The translations under genes and the position numbers were made by a program. From Octopus vulgaris (lineage: Eukaryota): 64,000 nucleotides of DNA. Each line of letters begins with the position of its first letter. Positions within the stretch are counted from its first letter, which is position 1. Location of the stretch: the NCBI GenBank assembly GCA_951406725.2, contig OX597826.1, positions 68,138,001-68,202,000 on the forward strand, read 5' to 3'. Shown here piece by piece: positions 1 to 12,712 of this stretch. A model generated the notes under the pieces. That model did not search any database. It saw only the letters and a program-made list of their open reading frames with translations, and had not been told where the DNA came from.

Positions 1-97
1 ATATTTTTTTTCTTCGGCAATGGAAAGATTAATGCAAATTATTTTTTTACTTAAATTTCGGATACGCGTGTGTACGCGCACGCAGGCTCGCACACGG

Positions 98-129
<32 letters not shown>

Positions 130-196
130 AATTACATATCAATGTAGATATATGTACAAATATATGCATGAATATGCACGCATATATAATGTTTGT

Positions 197-490
197 TCCT
201 TCTCGAGCAATGGCTGGCTCATTAGGGCCCGTTTCCCGGTTTTTTTGGCGTATAGGTTCCCTACCTGAACGGGACGCCGGTCCGTCGCAGGTGAGATGCA
301 AAATGCAGGAGGAAAGGGAGAGAGAAAGCTGTGGCGAAAGAGTGAGCAGAAGTTCACCATTACCTTCTGCGGAAGACGTGTGGAGGTTAGGTATTTCGCT
401 CATAAACACACACATTGCCCGGTCTGAGATTCGAAGCTGCAATCCCTCGACCGCGAGTCCGCTGCTCTAACCACTATGCCATGTGCCTCC
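197..490 (-). mobile_element. tRNA-derived SINE, family C (V-domain-like 3' half)
   Basis: Minus strand begins GGAGGCACATGGCATAGTGGTTAGAGCAGCGGACTCGCGGTC...TTCGAATC (A/B boxes). Collinear with the plus-strand copy at 56451-56760. Confidence 0.8.
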
Positions 491-501
491 ACATGTATCT
501 A

Positions 502-669
<168 letters not shown>

Positions 670-1034
670 TGAAATTCAGGAGAACGGAGATTTTCCACAT
701 CTATAAATTTATTATACATCTATTAACAACATTCTTCCTTGAGCCAACACCTGTTTCGGCTGCATCAACTGCACACTGTATGCATCATGGTGGGGGTTAA
801 TTTTCGATGTAGCAACCTTCTCGTGACCTGTGTTAATATTATTACGGGAGTTATGCAGTACCGGTTGGGCACTCGGATTTGCCAGACGAAGATAATAACC
901 GGAGTGTAGTGACTTAATTCTAACTCGATTCTCACCAATATTTGCTGTGGGGATCCGGCATTGAAAACCAATTTAAGAGGAAACATGGTAATTGCCAGGA
1001 TTTTAGATCCCTTTCAAACCATTTTTGGAAGCAC

Positions 1035-1102
<68 letters not shown>

Positions 1103-1320
1103 GCATGCACAGACGGACAGACATACTGAAAAACAAATAGATAAATATTGTGGGAAACAATTTTATTTTTTCTTTAATCTGGAATTCAAAATGCAAAATT
1201 TTTAGCATACTTTTATTTTTCATAATGAAGTATTTTTCATATTTTTCATATTTTTCCTATTTTCCCTGCACTTTAAAGATTTAGATACCACCATATTCTG
1301 GCTAAAGATTGCGTGCCGAA

Positions 1321-1441
1321 TATATGTCCAAACACTGTTTGTTGTTAACACAACGTTTCGGCTGATATATCCTCCAGCATTCATCAGCTGACTTGAGGAA
1401 ATTTCGAGCCTGGGTTTTCATTTCCAAGGTATTTTTTGTGG

Positions 1442-1472
<31 letters not shown>

Positions 1473-1549
1473 CATTCAGGTCACTGCCTGGAATCGAACT
1501 CGGAATCTTGGGGTTAGTATCCAACGCTCTTAACCACTACGCCATATGA
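1321..1549 (-). mobile_element. tRNA-head/hammerhead SINE (family H), minus-strand copy with truncated tail
   Basis: Reverse strand reads CATATGGCGTAGTGGTTAAGAGCG...GAGTTCGATTCCAGGCAGTGACCTG, (AAT)n, then CTGATGA-A-TGCTGGAGGATATATCAGCC-GAAAC-GTT-GTGTT (1347-1392). Matches 38141-38462. Confidence 0.8.
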
Positions 1550-1552
1550 CTT

Positions 1553-1560
1553 GAATAATG

Positions 1561-1605
<45 letters not shown>

Positions 1606-1803
1606 TCGAAAAATACCTTAAGAATGTGAACGAACGTTCGAAATTTCCCCAAGACACCCGATGAATGCTGGAGTGTATATCAGCCGAAACATTGTGTTAA
1701 CTAAAAGACAAAAAAAAAGAGGAGGACAAATATCCGTCATATTTAAATAATGTATATAATCTATATAATGTACATAATTCCTCAGCTCTTAAATATAGAA
1801 CTG
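1553..1803 (+). mobile_element. family H tail (headless), inverted relative to 1321-1549
   Basis: (AAT)n + CATCGAAAAATACCTTA...GACAC-CCGATGA-ATGCTGG...TCAGCC-GAAAC-ATT-GTGTT (1653-1698)...CTTAAATATAGAACT, the same 3' end as at 38462. Confidence 0.8.
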
Positions 1804-2106
1804 GGAAATTGCGTATTTATATGTAGCTGACACTTTACAGTAAAGAGGGCCAAAAATCGTTGTAGACACAACCATTGAAATTTGAACGTATGACCGATAG
1901 ATTTATTCATAAAGCAACCGATGCTTATGTTTGCTTGTAACTCTTGTGTTTCGTTTTGGATAACGTTTCCAGTTCTATCACTAATTGTTCATTCTTGTGG
2001 AGATTTATGCAGTACAGATGCATTTTCTACTATACATGATAAATTCCTTCGGCGCAGGCGTGGCTGTGTGGTAAGAAGCTTGCTTCCGGTTCTGGTCGTT
2101 AGTTCT

Positions 2107-2341
2107 ATTTTTACTTCTTTATTGCCCACAAGGGGCTAAACATGGAGGAGGCAAACAGGGACAGACAAAGGGATTAAGTCGATTACATCGACCCAAGTGC
2201 GTTAACTGGTACTTAATTTATCGACCCCGAAAAGATGAAAGGCAAAGTCGACCTCAGCGGAATTTGAACTTAGAACGTTAAGACAGACGAAATACCGCTA
2301 AGCATTTCGCCCGGTATGCTAACGATTCTGCCAGCTCGCCG
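2107..2341 (-). mobile_element. family B SINE (Meta-domain-like), full length with TSD
   Basis: Minus strand GGCGAGCTGGCAGAATCGTTAGC...GTTCAAATTCC...GACTTTGCCTTTCATCTTTTCGGGGTCGATAAATTAAGTACCAG. 10-bp TSD CGTTAGTTCT at 2097-2106 and 2342-2351. Confidence 0.88.
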
Positions 2342-2984
2342 CGTTAGTTCTCTTCTTGACACCGTTGAAGTCGCCACGCTGAGATGCAGCGGGCGAAAAT
2401 TGTATTGAAAGACGCTCTACTGTAAGTTAAGTCCTTTTTTGCATTTTGAGACTAGTGAGGATTCGTTGTTTGTGAGATTTATGGTTTGTACCGGCAAGGA
2501 GTCGTCACTGGATTCTGAGCTTTTTGTCTGCCTGCAATAGAGACGTGTGTTTTTTCTCACCTAGGGATGAGAACTGCTGTCTGGAGTTGTGTTTCACCTT
2601 CAAATTAATTTAATTTGAGAATTTAATTATTCTCAATTATTCGCGAGAACTATGGTTATTTGCCTGCGTGGAAGACTTTTGAAAAATAATTTCATGGAAT
2701 TACACAAGGATTGAAAAAGCTGCGAAGGCCAGAAGTATCGTACGGCCCCAAAATATTTTTCTTTGCTGTAATTTGAACTCTCGTTCTCTTCTTCTGTCGT
2801 CTATTTGGCAAGAAACTGTATTGAACTGTTATTTTTATTTTTTCTTCCCTTTTTGTTAAGTATTTCCTTTTGTTTTTCTCTCTGTATTAATTTAAATTTT
2901 TGTGAACTATATTTGGAACTTTTATTTTTAAATGGCAAAGAACAAATTTGTTTAATGGGAGTTGACACCTTCCAAAATATGACT

Positions 2985-3990
2985 TCAGGAGTTTGAAAGG
3001 AAGACGGTGGTGTTGAGGACTTACTCCAAGTCCCTCGATACCATAGCCGCCTTCCCGAAAAATATAATTGAAAAAGAGCTGGCAGGCTATATGTCAGCTA
3101 TTAAATATATCGCACGGTGGGGTCAAATATGCACGGGGAGTCTCGTTGCTGTTTGACTCCTCCCCCGAAGAAGCTTGCGAATTCGCAAGCCAGACCCTGG
3201 AGGGCAGTGAAATTTTCTTCCTTCCCACTTATTGTGGAAAGAAGTTGACGAGGGTTTGGGTCTGCAGTTTTCTACCCCGAATTGAGCCCGAGTGGATAGA
3301 GGATTCTATCCGCCGGTGTCTGGGAGGCAGTAGTACCAAACTACTCAATGTAAATATTTTGCTTGCGGCTGATTGGGAGGGATCAAAAGCTGTTTTGACC
3401 CCATGGACCCAATCAGCTGAAAATCTGGTTTTTCCAGATATTTTTAAGGATGGCCGGGTCTAGGTTTCCAATGATGCTTGAGGCACGCTGCCCTCAAGTG
3501 TCACCTGTGCCTGGAACCCGGTTATATCAAGAACTGCCCCGAGGACCAAAATAGGGTCTTGGATCAGTTAACGGAAGTAACACTCCCTGTTCCCTCATTT
3601 GAGGGAGAGGAGGAAGTCGAGGAGGTGGAAACCTCCTCGAAAGAAGGAAAACGAAAGGTGGGTAACAATGGTTGCTCACCGAAGGAACTCCACCCTCTCG
3701 TGGCTCAAAGGGAAAAAAAGAAAAAGAAGAAAAATTGGACATCGCCTGCAGTTGGTGATGCACTGCCGGCGTGTCCCGAAGCATCTTTGGTGAGGGTTGT
3801 GCCACCAAAGATGGAGATTGTACAGCTCCTCCATGATATGGAGGAGGAATTTGTGATCCTCTTCCTTAAGGGAGGGTCAGTGGAGCGCTTTCATGGCAAG
3901 CTCAAAACGAAGGGCCGAATGGAGGTGGACTCTGACTGGCCTTCGCAGGTGGCTGGAAAGGTCATTAGGGGACCGACCTGTTCTGGATAA
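2985..3990 (+). pseudogene. disrupted LINE ORF1 (RRM-like region plus gag-type zinc knuckle)
   Basis: Frameshifted peptides EFERKTVVLRTYSK..., FLPTYCGKKLTRVWV...PRIEPEWI and KCHLCLEPGYIKNCP (degenerate Cx2Cx4Hx4C), followed by an acidic/basic low-complexity tail. Confidence 0.65.
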
Positions 3991-4528
3991 TGGATTCGTT
4001 CCTCGAGGATACCTATAGATTTATGTTGAACTGGTCCGACTTGGAACCGTCCAGGTGATTTTCTGTGGCGTGGAGTCTGGTCGAGCAAGAAGATTCGAAT
4101 TTTGATACCTAAGTGGAATTGAGTAAGAGGTTCATTGCCTCAAATTGGCTTCGTATGTAGTCAATGTAAGAGGTATATTGCCTCCTTAATGTTGTCTTTG
4201 TAAGTGGTTTATGACCTCTAAATGTTTTATAGAAAAACAATGTGCTCGGGTATACAGCACTCGGCAAGCGTTGCTGTTGCCCTCATTTTTCAACATTTCA
4301 TTTGACATTCATATCATTATGCGTGTGTGTCCAGCCCGTATCCTCCTTTCTGTGTAAGGCCCTTGTGGCCAATTAAATGAAATAAAGAAGCTTGTTTCCC
4401 AACCATATGGTTTAGGTTTCAGGGTTCAGTTCCACTGTATGGCACCTTGGATAAGTGTCTTCTACACTAGCTTCAGGCCGACCAAAGGTATGCGAGCGGA
4501 TTTGGTTAATGGAATCTGAAAGCGTCCG

Positions 4529-4586
<58 letters not shown>

Positions 4587-5895
4587 ATATATCTGTGTGT
4601 GTGTATCTCTGTTTGTCCGCCACCACTGCTTGGCAAAAGGTGTTGGTGTGTTTATGTCCTCGTACCTAGCGGTTCGGCAAAAGAGACCGAAAAATAAGGA
4701 GCAGGCTTTAAATAATTAAATCCTGGGTGGGGGGCGATACATTCGACAAAAGACTATTCACGGGGGTGCACCAGCATGGCCGCCGACTAATAACTGAATC
4801 TACAAAAAAATAAAGATATCTCTGGATTTAAACGATGATGAATAATACCGCCGCCATTACAATACATGAATCACAACCCTCCTACACACAATAATCTTTA
4901 AAAAATATAGCTAATAAAATTCATAAAGGCTTTTGTTGAAGAACAATTTAATTCCGCTGCTGATAAATCAATGCCTCATTAAAAGACCGTGGTGCCAGAG
5001 ATAGAATACAAGTGATAGAGACCAACACTAATAGTCATAAACGCAACGATAGAGCATGGAATATTATAGTGTATAATCAACACTACAGTTTAAATGATCC
5101 TTCCAATTTTGCTACAATTTTCGCATACCTTATTATTAAGCTTCAACCGAGAAATAACTGCAATCATAAGCTAATATTTCAATTTGAGGATGTAGTCGCG
5201 TTATGATTGCGCCAATGTATTCGCTACTTTCATAGACATTATTAATAGAAGAAAAAGTTTCATTACAAACAAAGCAGTTCTGCATATGGTTGAAACTTCA
5301 TTACCGTTTTCACTTTTGAAAGGTATGTGTCTTTCGAAAGCATAACTTTATCGAGGTTGTTGTATCTTTCGTGTAAATAACAATCAAACGAAATTCAATA
5401 TTGAGCAAATGTATGCATTCAGCCATTTGAACGAAGTGTTAGCATCTTTGAATCCAGATAGAGCTGGAGTTTCAAGGAGGATAACAATAGAAGCATTTTG
5501 AAAAAAAAAAAAAAAAAAAGAGAAGAAAAAATACTTGGTCCATTATTGAGCTCAAATCTTTAAACATTAATGCTTGCTGCCTTTCGGAAATATATAACAG
5601 TCTATTACATATTTTTGTCATTATAATGATGATGGTAACTCTAGCAATTGTGACGATAATTATATACAGAATGAAGAAAAACAGTGAGAGTGGTTGAGTG
5701 GTGAATAGATAGGAAGAAGGAAGGACCAAATTGTTAGTTAATTGCATTTCAGGCCAGATGGAACGGACGTACACTCGAAGGTATTCCATCTGTGATCATA
5801 CCATCACATCCTACATTAGGAACTACACCTGGTTGCTATCTGTCGCTGTTGCAGGCTCCTCCATTGATTCCTCGGTAGAAATTAGAGAGAGAAAT

Positions 5896-6350
5896 ATAGG
5901 CATGGCTGTGTGGTAAGAAGCTTTGCATCCGAACAACACGGTCCAAGTTTCAGTCCCTTGTCATGGCACCTTGTGCAAGTGCATTCTACAATAGCCTCGA
6001 GCCGACCAAAGCCTTTTGAGTGGTTTGAAGCCCATCCTATATAAAAATACCTATAGGTATATACATACCTATATATACATACCTATATATATATATATAT
6101 ATAACTATATATGTCGGTACTTCTACTGTGTGTGTGTGTGTGTTTGTCCTACACCCTGTCGTCAATTGACAACCGATGCTAGTGTGTTTATGTCTCCGTA
6201 AATTGGCGGTCCGGCAAAAAGCGATCGATAGAATGAGTACTAGGTTTACAAAGACTACGCCTTGGGGTCGATTTCTTCGACTAAAACCCTCTAAGGCATT
6301 GCTCTTGCATGGCTGCAGTCGAGTGAAGGAAACAAGTAAATAAAAAAAAA
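5896..6350 (+). mobile_element. family A SINE, diverged
   Basis: TGGCTGTGTGGTAAG head, GGCACCTTG..CAAGTG, internal TA/TG tract, GACAACCGATGCT, GGGGTCGATT, GCATGGC tail. Confidence 0.85.
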
Positions 6351-6408
<58 letters not shown>

Positions 6409-6412
<4 letters not shown>

Positions 6413-6477
6413 GCGGTGCTCCAGCATGGCCACAGTTAAATGACTGAAACAAGTAAAAGAGTAAAGAGTAAAAAGAG

Positions 6478-6478
<1 letters not shown>
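6409..6478 (+). mobile_element. family A SINE 3' tail only (5'-truncated)
   Basis: AAAGGCGGTGCTCCAGCATGGCCACAGTTAAATGACTGAAACAAGTAAAAGAG between two TA runs. Confidence 0.8.
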
Positions 6479-6508
<30 letters not shown>

Positions 6509-6554
6509 ATATATATACATGCATACATGCATACACATAGATATATATACATAT

Positions 6555-6710
6555 CGTGGCATTCAATCGGTTACAACGACCAGGGTTCCAATTGATATTA
6601 TCAGGGGAACAGCGTGTTGGTAACATTAAGGTGCAAGTGGCTGAGCCCTACACAAACACGTGAACGCTTAACGAGTTTCAGAGTGGCACATAGAATGACA
6701 AGGCTCGCTT
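6555..6710 (-). mobile_element. decayed 3' half of the family C' SINE
   Basis: Aligns by eye to 29240-29400 (AGGGTTCC..TTGAT, GGAACAGC, AAGTGGCTGAGC, TGACAAGGC). Confidence 0.65.
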
Positions 6711-6719
6711 CTATGAATA

Positions 6720-6826
<107 letters not shown>

Positions 6827-7029
6827 ATATATAATTATATATAATTATTTATTATTATATAATTATATATAATCATTATATAATTATATATAATTATATA
6901 ATTATATATAATTATATAATTATATATAATTATTTGAGAAATATTATTCGTAACTTATAAGGAAGAATTCAATTTAGAAATACTAAATCAAATTTCACAA
7001 AATATAATATATATATATATATAAATTAT

Positions 7030-7322
7030 AAACCACCTTTTTTTCAATTCAATATGAACTATTAAATTACACCATCTAGAAAATTGCATATAATAGAAAT
7101 ATTAAAATAAAAATTACAATAATATACCGATGATTAAGTAAATTGCAAAATGATAATATATAATACAAATATATACCAAATATATACGTCTTTATTATTA
7201 TTTTGCAATTTACTTAATCATCGGTATATTATTGTAATTTTAATTTTAATATTTCTATTATATGTAATTTTCTAGATGGTGTAATTTAATTGTTCATTTT
7301 GAATTGATAAAAGGTGGGTTTT
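7030..7322. repeat. long AT-rich inverted repeat (arms about 128 bp, spacer about 35 bp)
   Basis: 7030-7157 is the near-perfect reverse complement of 7193-7322 (e.g. ACACCATCTAGAAAATT / AATTTTCTAGATGGTGT). Confidence 0.92.
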
Positions 7323-7328
7323 TTTCTA

Positions 7329-7432
<104 letters not shown>

Positions 7433-8149
7433 GTATATATATATAAGGGGGTGAAGTAACTGAGTAAATCTATAATTAAAAGAAAAATAATGTGAGCAGG
7501 TGAAAATGTGATGCAAAGAGTAATATTACACTTTTAAATTTTTCTATATTTCAGTAATCTTCAGAAAGTTTCCTATAATCAATATATCAACATTTCCAAC
7601 AGAGTGGTACTCATATACAGCTGAGGAAACTTCCAAAATATCAAATGAAATACCGAAGAATACAAATTCTTGTTGTCAAAGGAACGGAACTGAAACATAT
7701 GCATATGAACCGAACGCACCTAACAACTTCATGCAGTTCTCGCCAAACCAAGCCATAAAACATTAAGACAGGTGTTTACTCCGTATTTATGATTCCTAAA
7801 CAAGCATGTCGAGTAGCAGGGGTCTACGCAAGTTGTCCACTCGTAGCACTAAATACAAATTCTTAGCTACGTAGGCGATGGTTAATTATCCCATCCATGC
7901 TACGTGTAGGAAAATGGTGATTTATCACAACTTACACACACACATTTAGCATTAGGCATTTGTATGTATACGCAGACTTGGTTGGGTGGGCGTCAAACAT
8001 TCATGTTTACTAGACCCTTGACAGGTATTGCATTTCATTCTCACCCAAAAACTGGCTCAAGTTCCCAGTTTAGTCGTGAAAGAATCGGATATGCAGCAGG
8101 TTGCAAAGGCTTGTATGCTACCTGTTGAAATTAAATTTACAAGGTATAT

Positions 8150-8331
8150 CGCTAGCCACTAAACATTCTATATTTTCTTTCTATATTTACTCTCCTTGTT
8201 TCTTTCTGCGTTACCTTCTGTGGGAGAGCGTAGGCTCGAAACGTTAAAGACTTTTTCACTTCCCGAGCGTTAAACAAATACATCTGTTTGTTTTCTACAC
8301 CACCTGTCTTCGCCTTTTTTGTGTGAATTCT

Positions 8332-8334
<3 letters not shown>
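8150..8334 (+). mobile_element. Penelope-like pLTR fragment with degenerate hammerhead-like motif
   Basis: CTGTGGG-A-GAGC-GTAG-GCTC-GAAAC-GTT-AAAGA (8218-8250); ends at a TA run; related to 16047-16260. Confidence 0.55.
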
Positions 8335-8384
<50 letters not shown>

Positions 8385-8470
8385 CATACATATAAAGAGA
8401 TAAATACATATGTACATACATGTATACATATATATGTGCACATGTCTATTTATGTGTTTGTGCATATATG

Positions 8471-8529
<59 letters not shown>

Positions 8530-9239
8530 TATATATATATATATATAAAGATATGATTGCTTGCGTCTTTGATAACTGCTACTTTTTCCGGGAATTTTCC
8601 CCCATCAATTCACATCTAAGTTATCTTTTTAATCATCATAATTTATTTATATATTTTCCCGAAATTACAATCAATAGTTTATTAAAGAGTGAAACATGGA
8701 CAGCGTTGTCCATACAAAATATATAAATACGCACACATGCATACACACAAGCACACACACACACGCACACACACACTTATGTACATACGTGTTACACAAA
8801 TACAAACATGTAAATTAGGAGATTTGAATGTGTATGAGTGTATGCATGCGCTCATGTGTACGTTTATGTATGCTTATGTAAGTGGCATGTATGTGAGTAT
8901 GTGTGTGTATGTGTATGTGCGTGGAAGTGTCGTGTGTGTAAGTATCGTGTGTGTGTGTGTATACGGACGTAATCATTAGGTGTTGGGTGAGCGCTTATAT
9001 AAAATTCCTTTGTAGATTCAGAAATAGAAAAATCGGAATCAGTATTCTAAAGAATTCCAAAGGAATACAAATTGTTCTTGGAAGAAAAATGATTTCTATT
9101 TCTTTCTTCCGAAGAATACAAGGACAATTAGCGATTTCAAAGAAGCCAACATTCTTTCCTCTCTCGTTCCATGTTTTCTTTTTCGTTTTTCTTTTCCTGG
9201 TCTCCCACACCACTTCGCCTATCTTGTTTTTTATTCTTT

Positions 9240-9247
9240 ATTATTAC

Positions 9248-9325
<78 letters not shown>

Positions 9326-9553
9326 CATCATTATTATTATTATTATTATCATCATCACCATCATCATCATCATCATCATCATCATTATTATTATTATCAT
9401 CATCATCATCATTATTATTATCATCATCATCATCATTATTATTATCATCATCATCATCATCATCATTATTATTATTATTATTATCATCATCATCATCATC
9501 ATCGTCATCATTATTATTATTATCATCATCATCATCATTATTATTATTATCAC

Positions 9554-9607
<54 letters not shown>

Positions 9608-9617
9608 TATTATTATT

Positions 9618-9676
<59 letters not shown>

Positions 9677-9741
9677 TATTATCATTATTATTATTATCAT
9701 CATTATTATTATTATTATCATTATTATTATTATTATTATTA

Positions 9742-9818
<77 letters not shown>

Positions 9819-10916
9819 GTTATATTTATTAATATTGTTTTGCATCGTTTGGAATTTTCTCGTTGCTGTTGCTATATATTTGCTAATGTAGCTATTGCTT
9901 TTGTTGTCTGTTGTTGTTGTTGTTGTTGTTGTTGTTATTTTCGTTGTTGATGTTTTTTAGTTGTTGATTTTGACAAGTGTTTTTTTTTTGTTTGCTTTTG
10001 TTTGTATGTGTGTTTGTATATTCATGTTTGTAGGTTCATTGATTGCCATCGCAATGATGATGATTATGATTCTCACCTATACCATCATCATCATCACCAT
10101 CATCATCATCATAACATCGACATCACTATCATCATCACATCATCATCGTCCTCATCCTCATCATCATCATCATCGTCTTCCTCATCGTCGTCGTCGTCGT
10201 CATCATCACCCTCACCATCATCGACATCATCATCTGTAGCAGTGATGAGAGCAGCTGAAACTAAAGCAGCAGCGTCGGCGTTACATCCTTCACCACCACC
10301 ACCACCACCACCACCACCACCACCACCACCACACCACCACCACCACCACCATCACCACCACCACCAACACCACCCCACCACCAACGCCACCCCCACCCCC
10401 TCCCACCTCCACCACCACCACCACCTCACCACCACCACCACCTCCACCGCCACCATCACCACCACCACCACCTCCACCGCCACCACCACCACAACCACTA
10501 CAACGAACACAACCACAATCAAAAGAGAACAACACCACCGTACCAACGACGCCATGACCACCACCACCACCACCACAACCAACACTACTGCTACCATTGC
10601 TGCCATCATCATCACTACCGTCACCCTCTTCATCATTATCATCACCTCCATACCACCGCCTCAACCACCACCACCACCACCACCACAATGGTCACTAACG
10701 TCATCTTCACAATAATAATGTGACCCTCCCCTTAGTACTCTTCTACATCATCAATTCCAACACCACAAACTTTATCATCATCATCATCATCATCATCGTC
10801 GTCATCATCAGCAGCAGCAGCAGTACCATTAGCCTTATGGTGATGTTGATGATCCTGTAGCAGAAATTGAGGTGGAATTGGAGGATGAGGAGGAGGAGGA
10901 GGAGGATGAGGATGAG

Positions 10917-10949
<33 letters not shown>

Positions 10950-11363
10950 GATGAGCAGACATGAATATGACGATGATGACGGTGATGGGGATGATAATGA
11001 TGACGATAATGATGTTGATGATGATCATGATGATGACGACGACGACGACGACGGCGACGATGATGACAATTATCATCTTCGTCAAGGTTGTCAAAACTGC
11101 ACTTGTCATCATCTTCAACATCTCCATCCTCATAACGATCATCATATCTCTAACGCCATCGTCATTATTTCCCTCCCCGCCTCCTCCTCCTCGTCATCAT
11201 CATCATTATCATCGCCGCCGCTCCCGCCACTACCACCACGACGACTACCATCATCATCATCACGATCATCATTATCATCGTCATCATCATCATCATCATC
11301 ACCATCATCATCATCACCATCATCACCATCATCACCATCATCATCACCATCATCATCATCACG

Positions 11364-11409
<46 letters not shown>

Positions 11410-11770
11410 CCATCATCATCACCATCACCATCGCCATGATCATCATCACCATCATCATCACCATCATGACCATTATCATCGTCATCGTCATCATCATCGT
11501 CATCATCGTCATCATCGTCATCATCGTCATCATCGTCATCGTCATCATCGTCATCATCGTCATCATTGTCATCGTCTGCATCATCATCGGCAACATCGTC
11601 ATCATCGTCATCATCATCATCATCATGACCATCATTACCATCATGGTCATCACCATCATGATCATCATAACCGTCATCATCATCTTCCTAAACATCATCA
11701 CATGACCTTCGTCCAAATTTTTCCACAATCCCATTCTTTCTCCTAATTCTCCTCCTCCCGTCCTCCTCCT
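9240..11770. repeat. compound trinucleotide microsatellite field (ATT/ATC/GTT/CCA/GAT/GTC)
   Basis: About 2.5 kb of interleaved triplet repeats. Confidence 0.95.
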
Positions 11771-11841
11771 CCACGTACTCATATTCCTCTGCCTCCTCCC
11801 CATCATTAGTGACGTTTTCTTGTCGCCTTTGTTGCTGTTGT

Positions 11842-11882
<41 letters not shown>

Positions 11883-12644
11883 CTACTGTTGTTTCTTCCC
11901 TTCATACGCTGTTTGTTCATTAGGGATGAAAGCAACGAAACTTTGTGTGTGTGCGTGTTTATGAGCGAGAGAGACACACAGACAGACAGAGGCAGAGAGA
12001 GGAAGGGAGAAAGAGAGGGAGGGAAAAAGAGACAGAGAACGGAAGTGTGCGCATGCATACGCATCTGAAAATGAATACGGTTGTAAGTGCATATGTCTGT
12101 AATAATTTCGCTTTCTATGTATGTGTGTGTTTGTGTGGTTATGTCCGTGTCATCTTCCCTATGTGTATGGGGTTTCTGTTAAGATCTGCGTCTGCCATCG
12201 ATATGATTTTGTGTGTGGCTTTGATTCACGTGGTATTTTTTTCTTTCCTTTTATTTCGAGTGTTAATTGATTTTGTTCTTTATTCCACATCAACTGCAAT
12301 TCGACTGAGATATTTTGATAAGTATTCCAGGAAGCCCAGCTCGTATATAAAGATATGCATGTGTATATATATGTGTGTGTGGGGGGGGGTGCATGTGCGT
12401 GTGTGTGTGCATGCATATATAGACACACATATATACACACATGTTTATATATTGGTAAATATCTGGCTTTGTATGTATGAGCATGTGTACACACACACAA
12501 ACACACACGCACACAGATTTATAGAGCATCAGGTAGTATAAACAGAAGAGAGAAAGACAGATATATATATATATATATTGTGTGAGAGAGAAATTGAGAG
12601 GTAAAACGATACCTAGATAGATACATGCATAGGTAGGAGGATGG

Positions 12645-12660
12645 ATGGATGGATAGATAA

Positions 12661-12712
<52 letters not shown>

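Larger units (their letters stand above)
2088..4384 (+). mobile_element. ORF1-only (HAL1-like) Tx1/L1-type non-LTR element, decayed
   Basis: Flanked by a 15-bp duplication AAGAAGCTTG(C/T)TTCC (2073-2087 and 4385-4399). Carries a disrupted ORF1-like frame with a zinc knuckle; no room for ORF2; A-rich 3' end. Confidence 0.7.
2051..4815 (+). mobile_element. family A SINE split by an insertion (head 2051-2087, remainder 4385-4815)
   Basis: GGCGCAGGCGTGGCTGTGTGGTAAGAAGCTTGCTTCC resumes at 4385 as AAGAAGCTTGTTTCCCAACCATATGGTT, followed by the internal TA/TG repeat and the GGTGCACCAGCATGGCC tail. Confidence 0.85.

Noticed and set aside
9137-11746. His-rich or Asp-rich 'proteins' suggesting metal-binding or biomineral genes
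   Set aside because: All frames are open simply because of ATC/GAT repeats; there is no signal peptide or unique coding flank.
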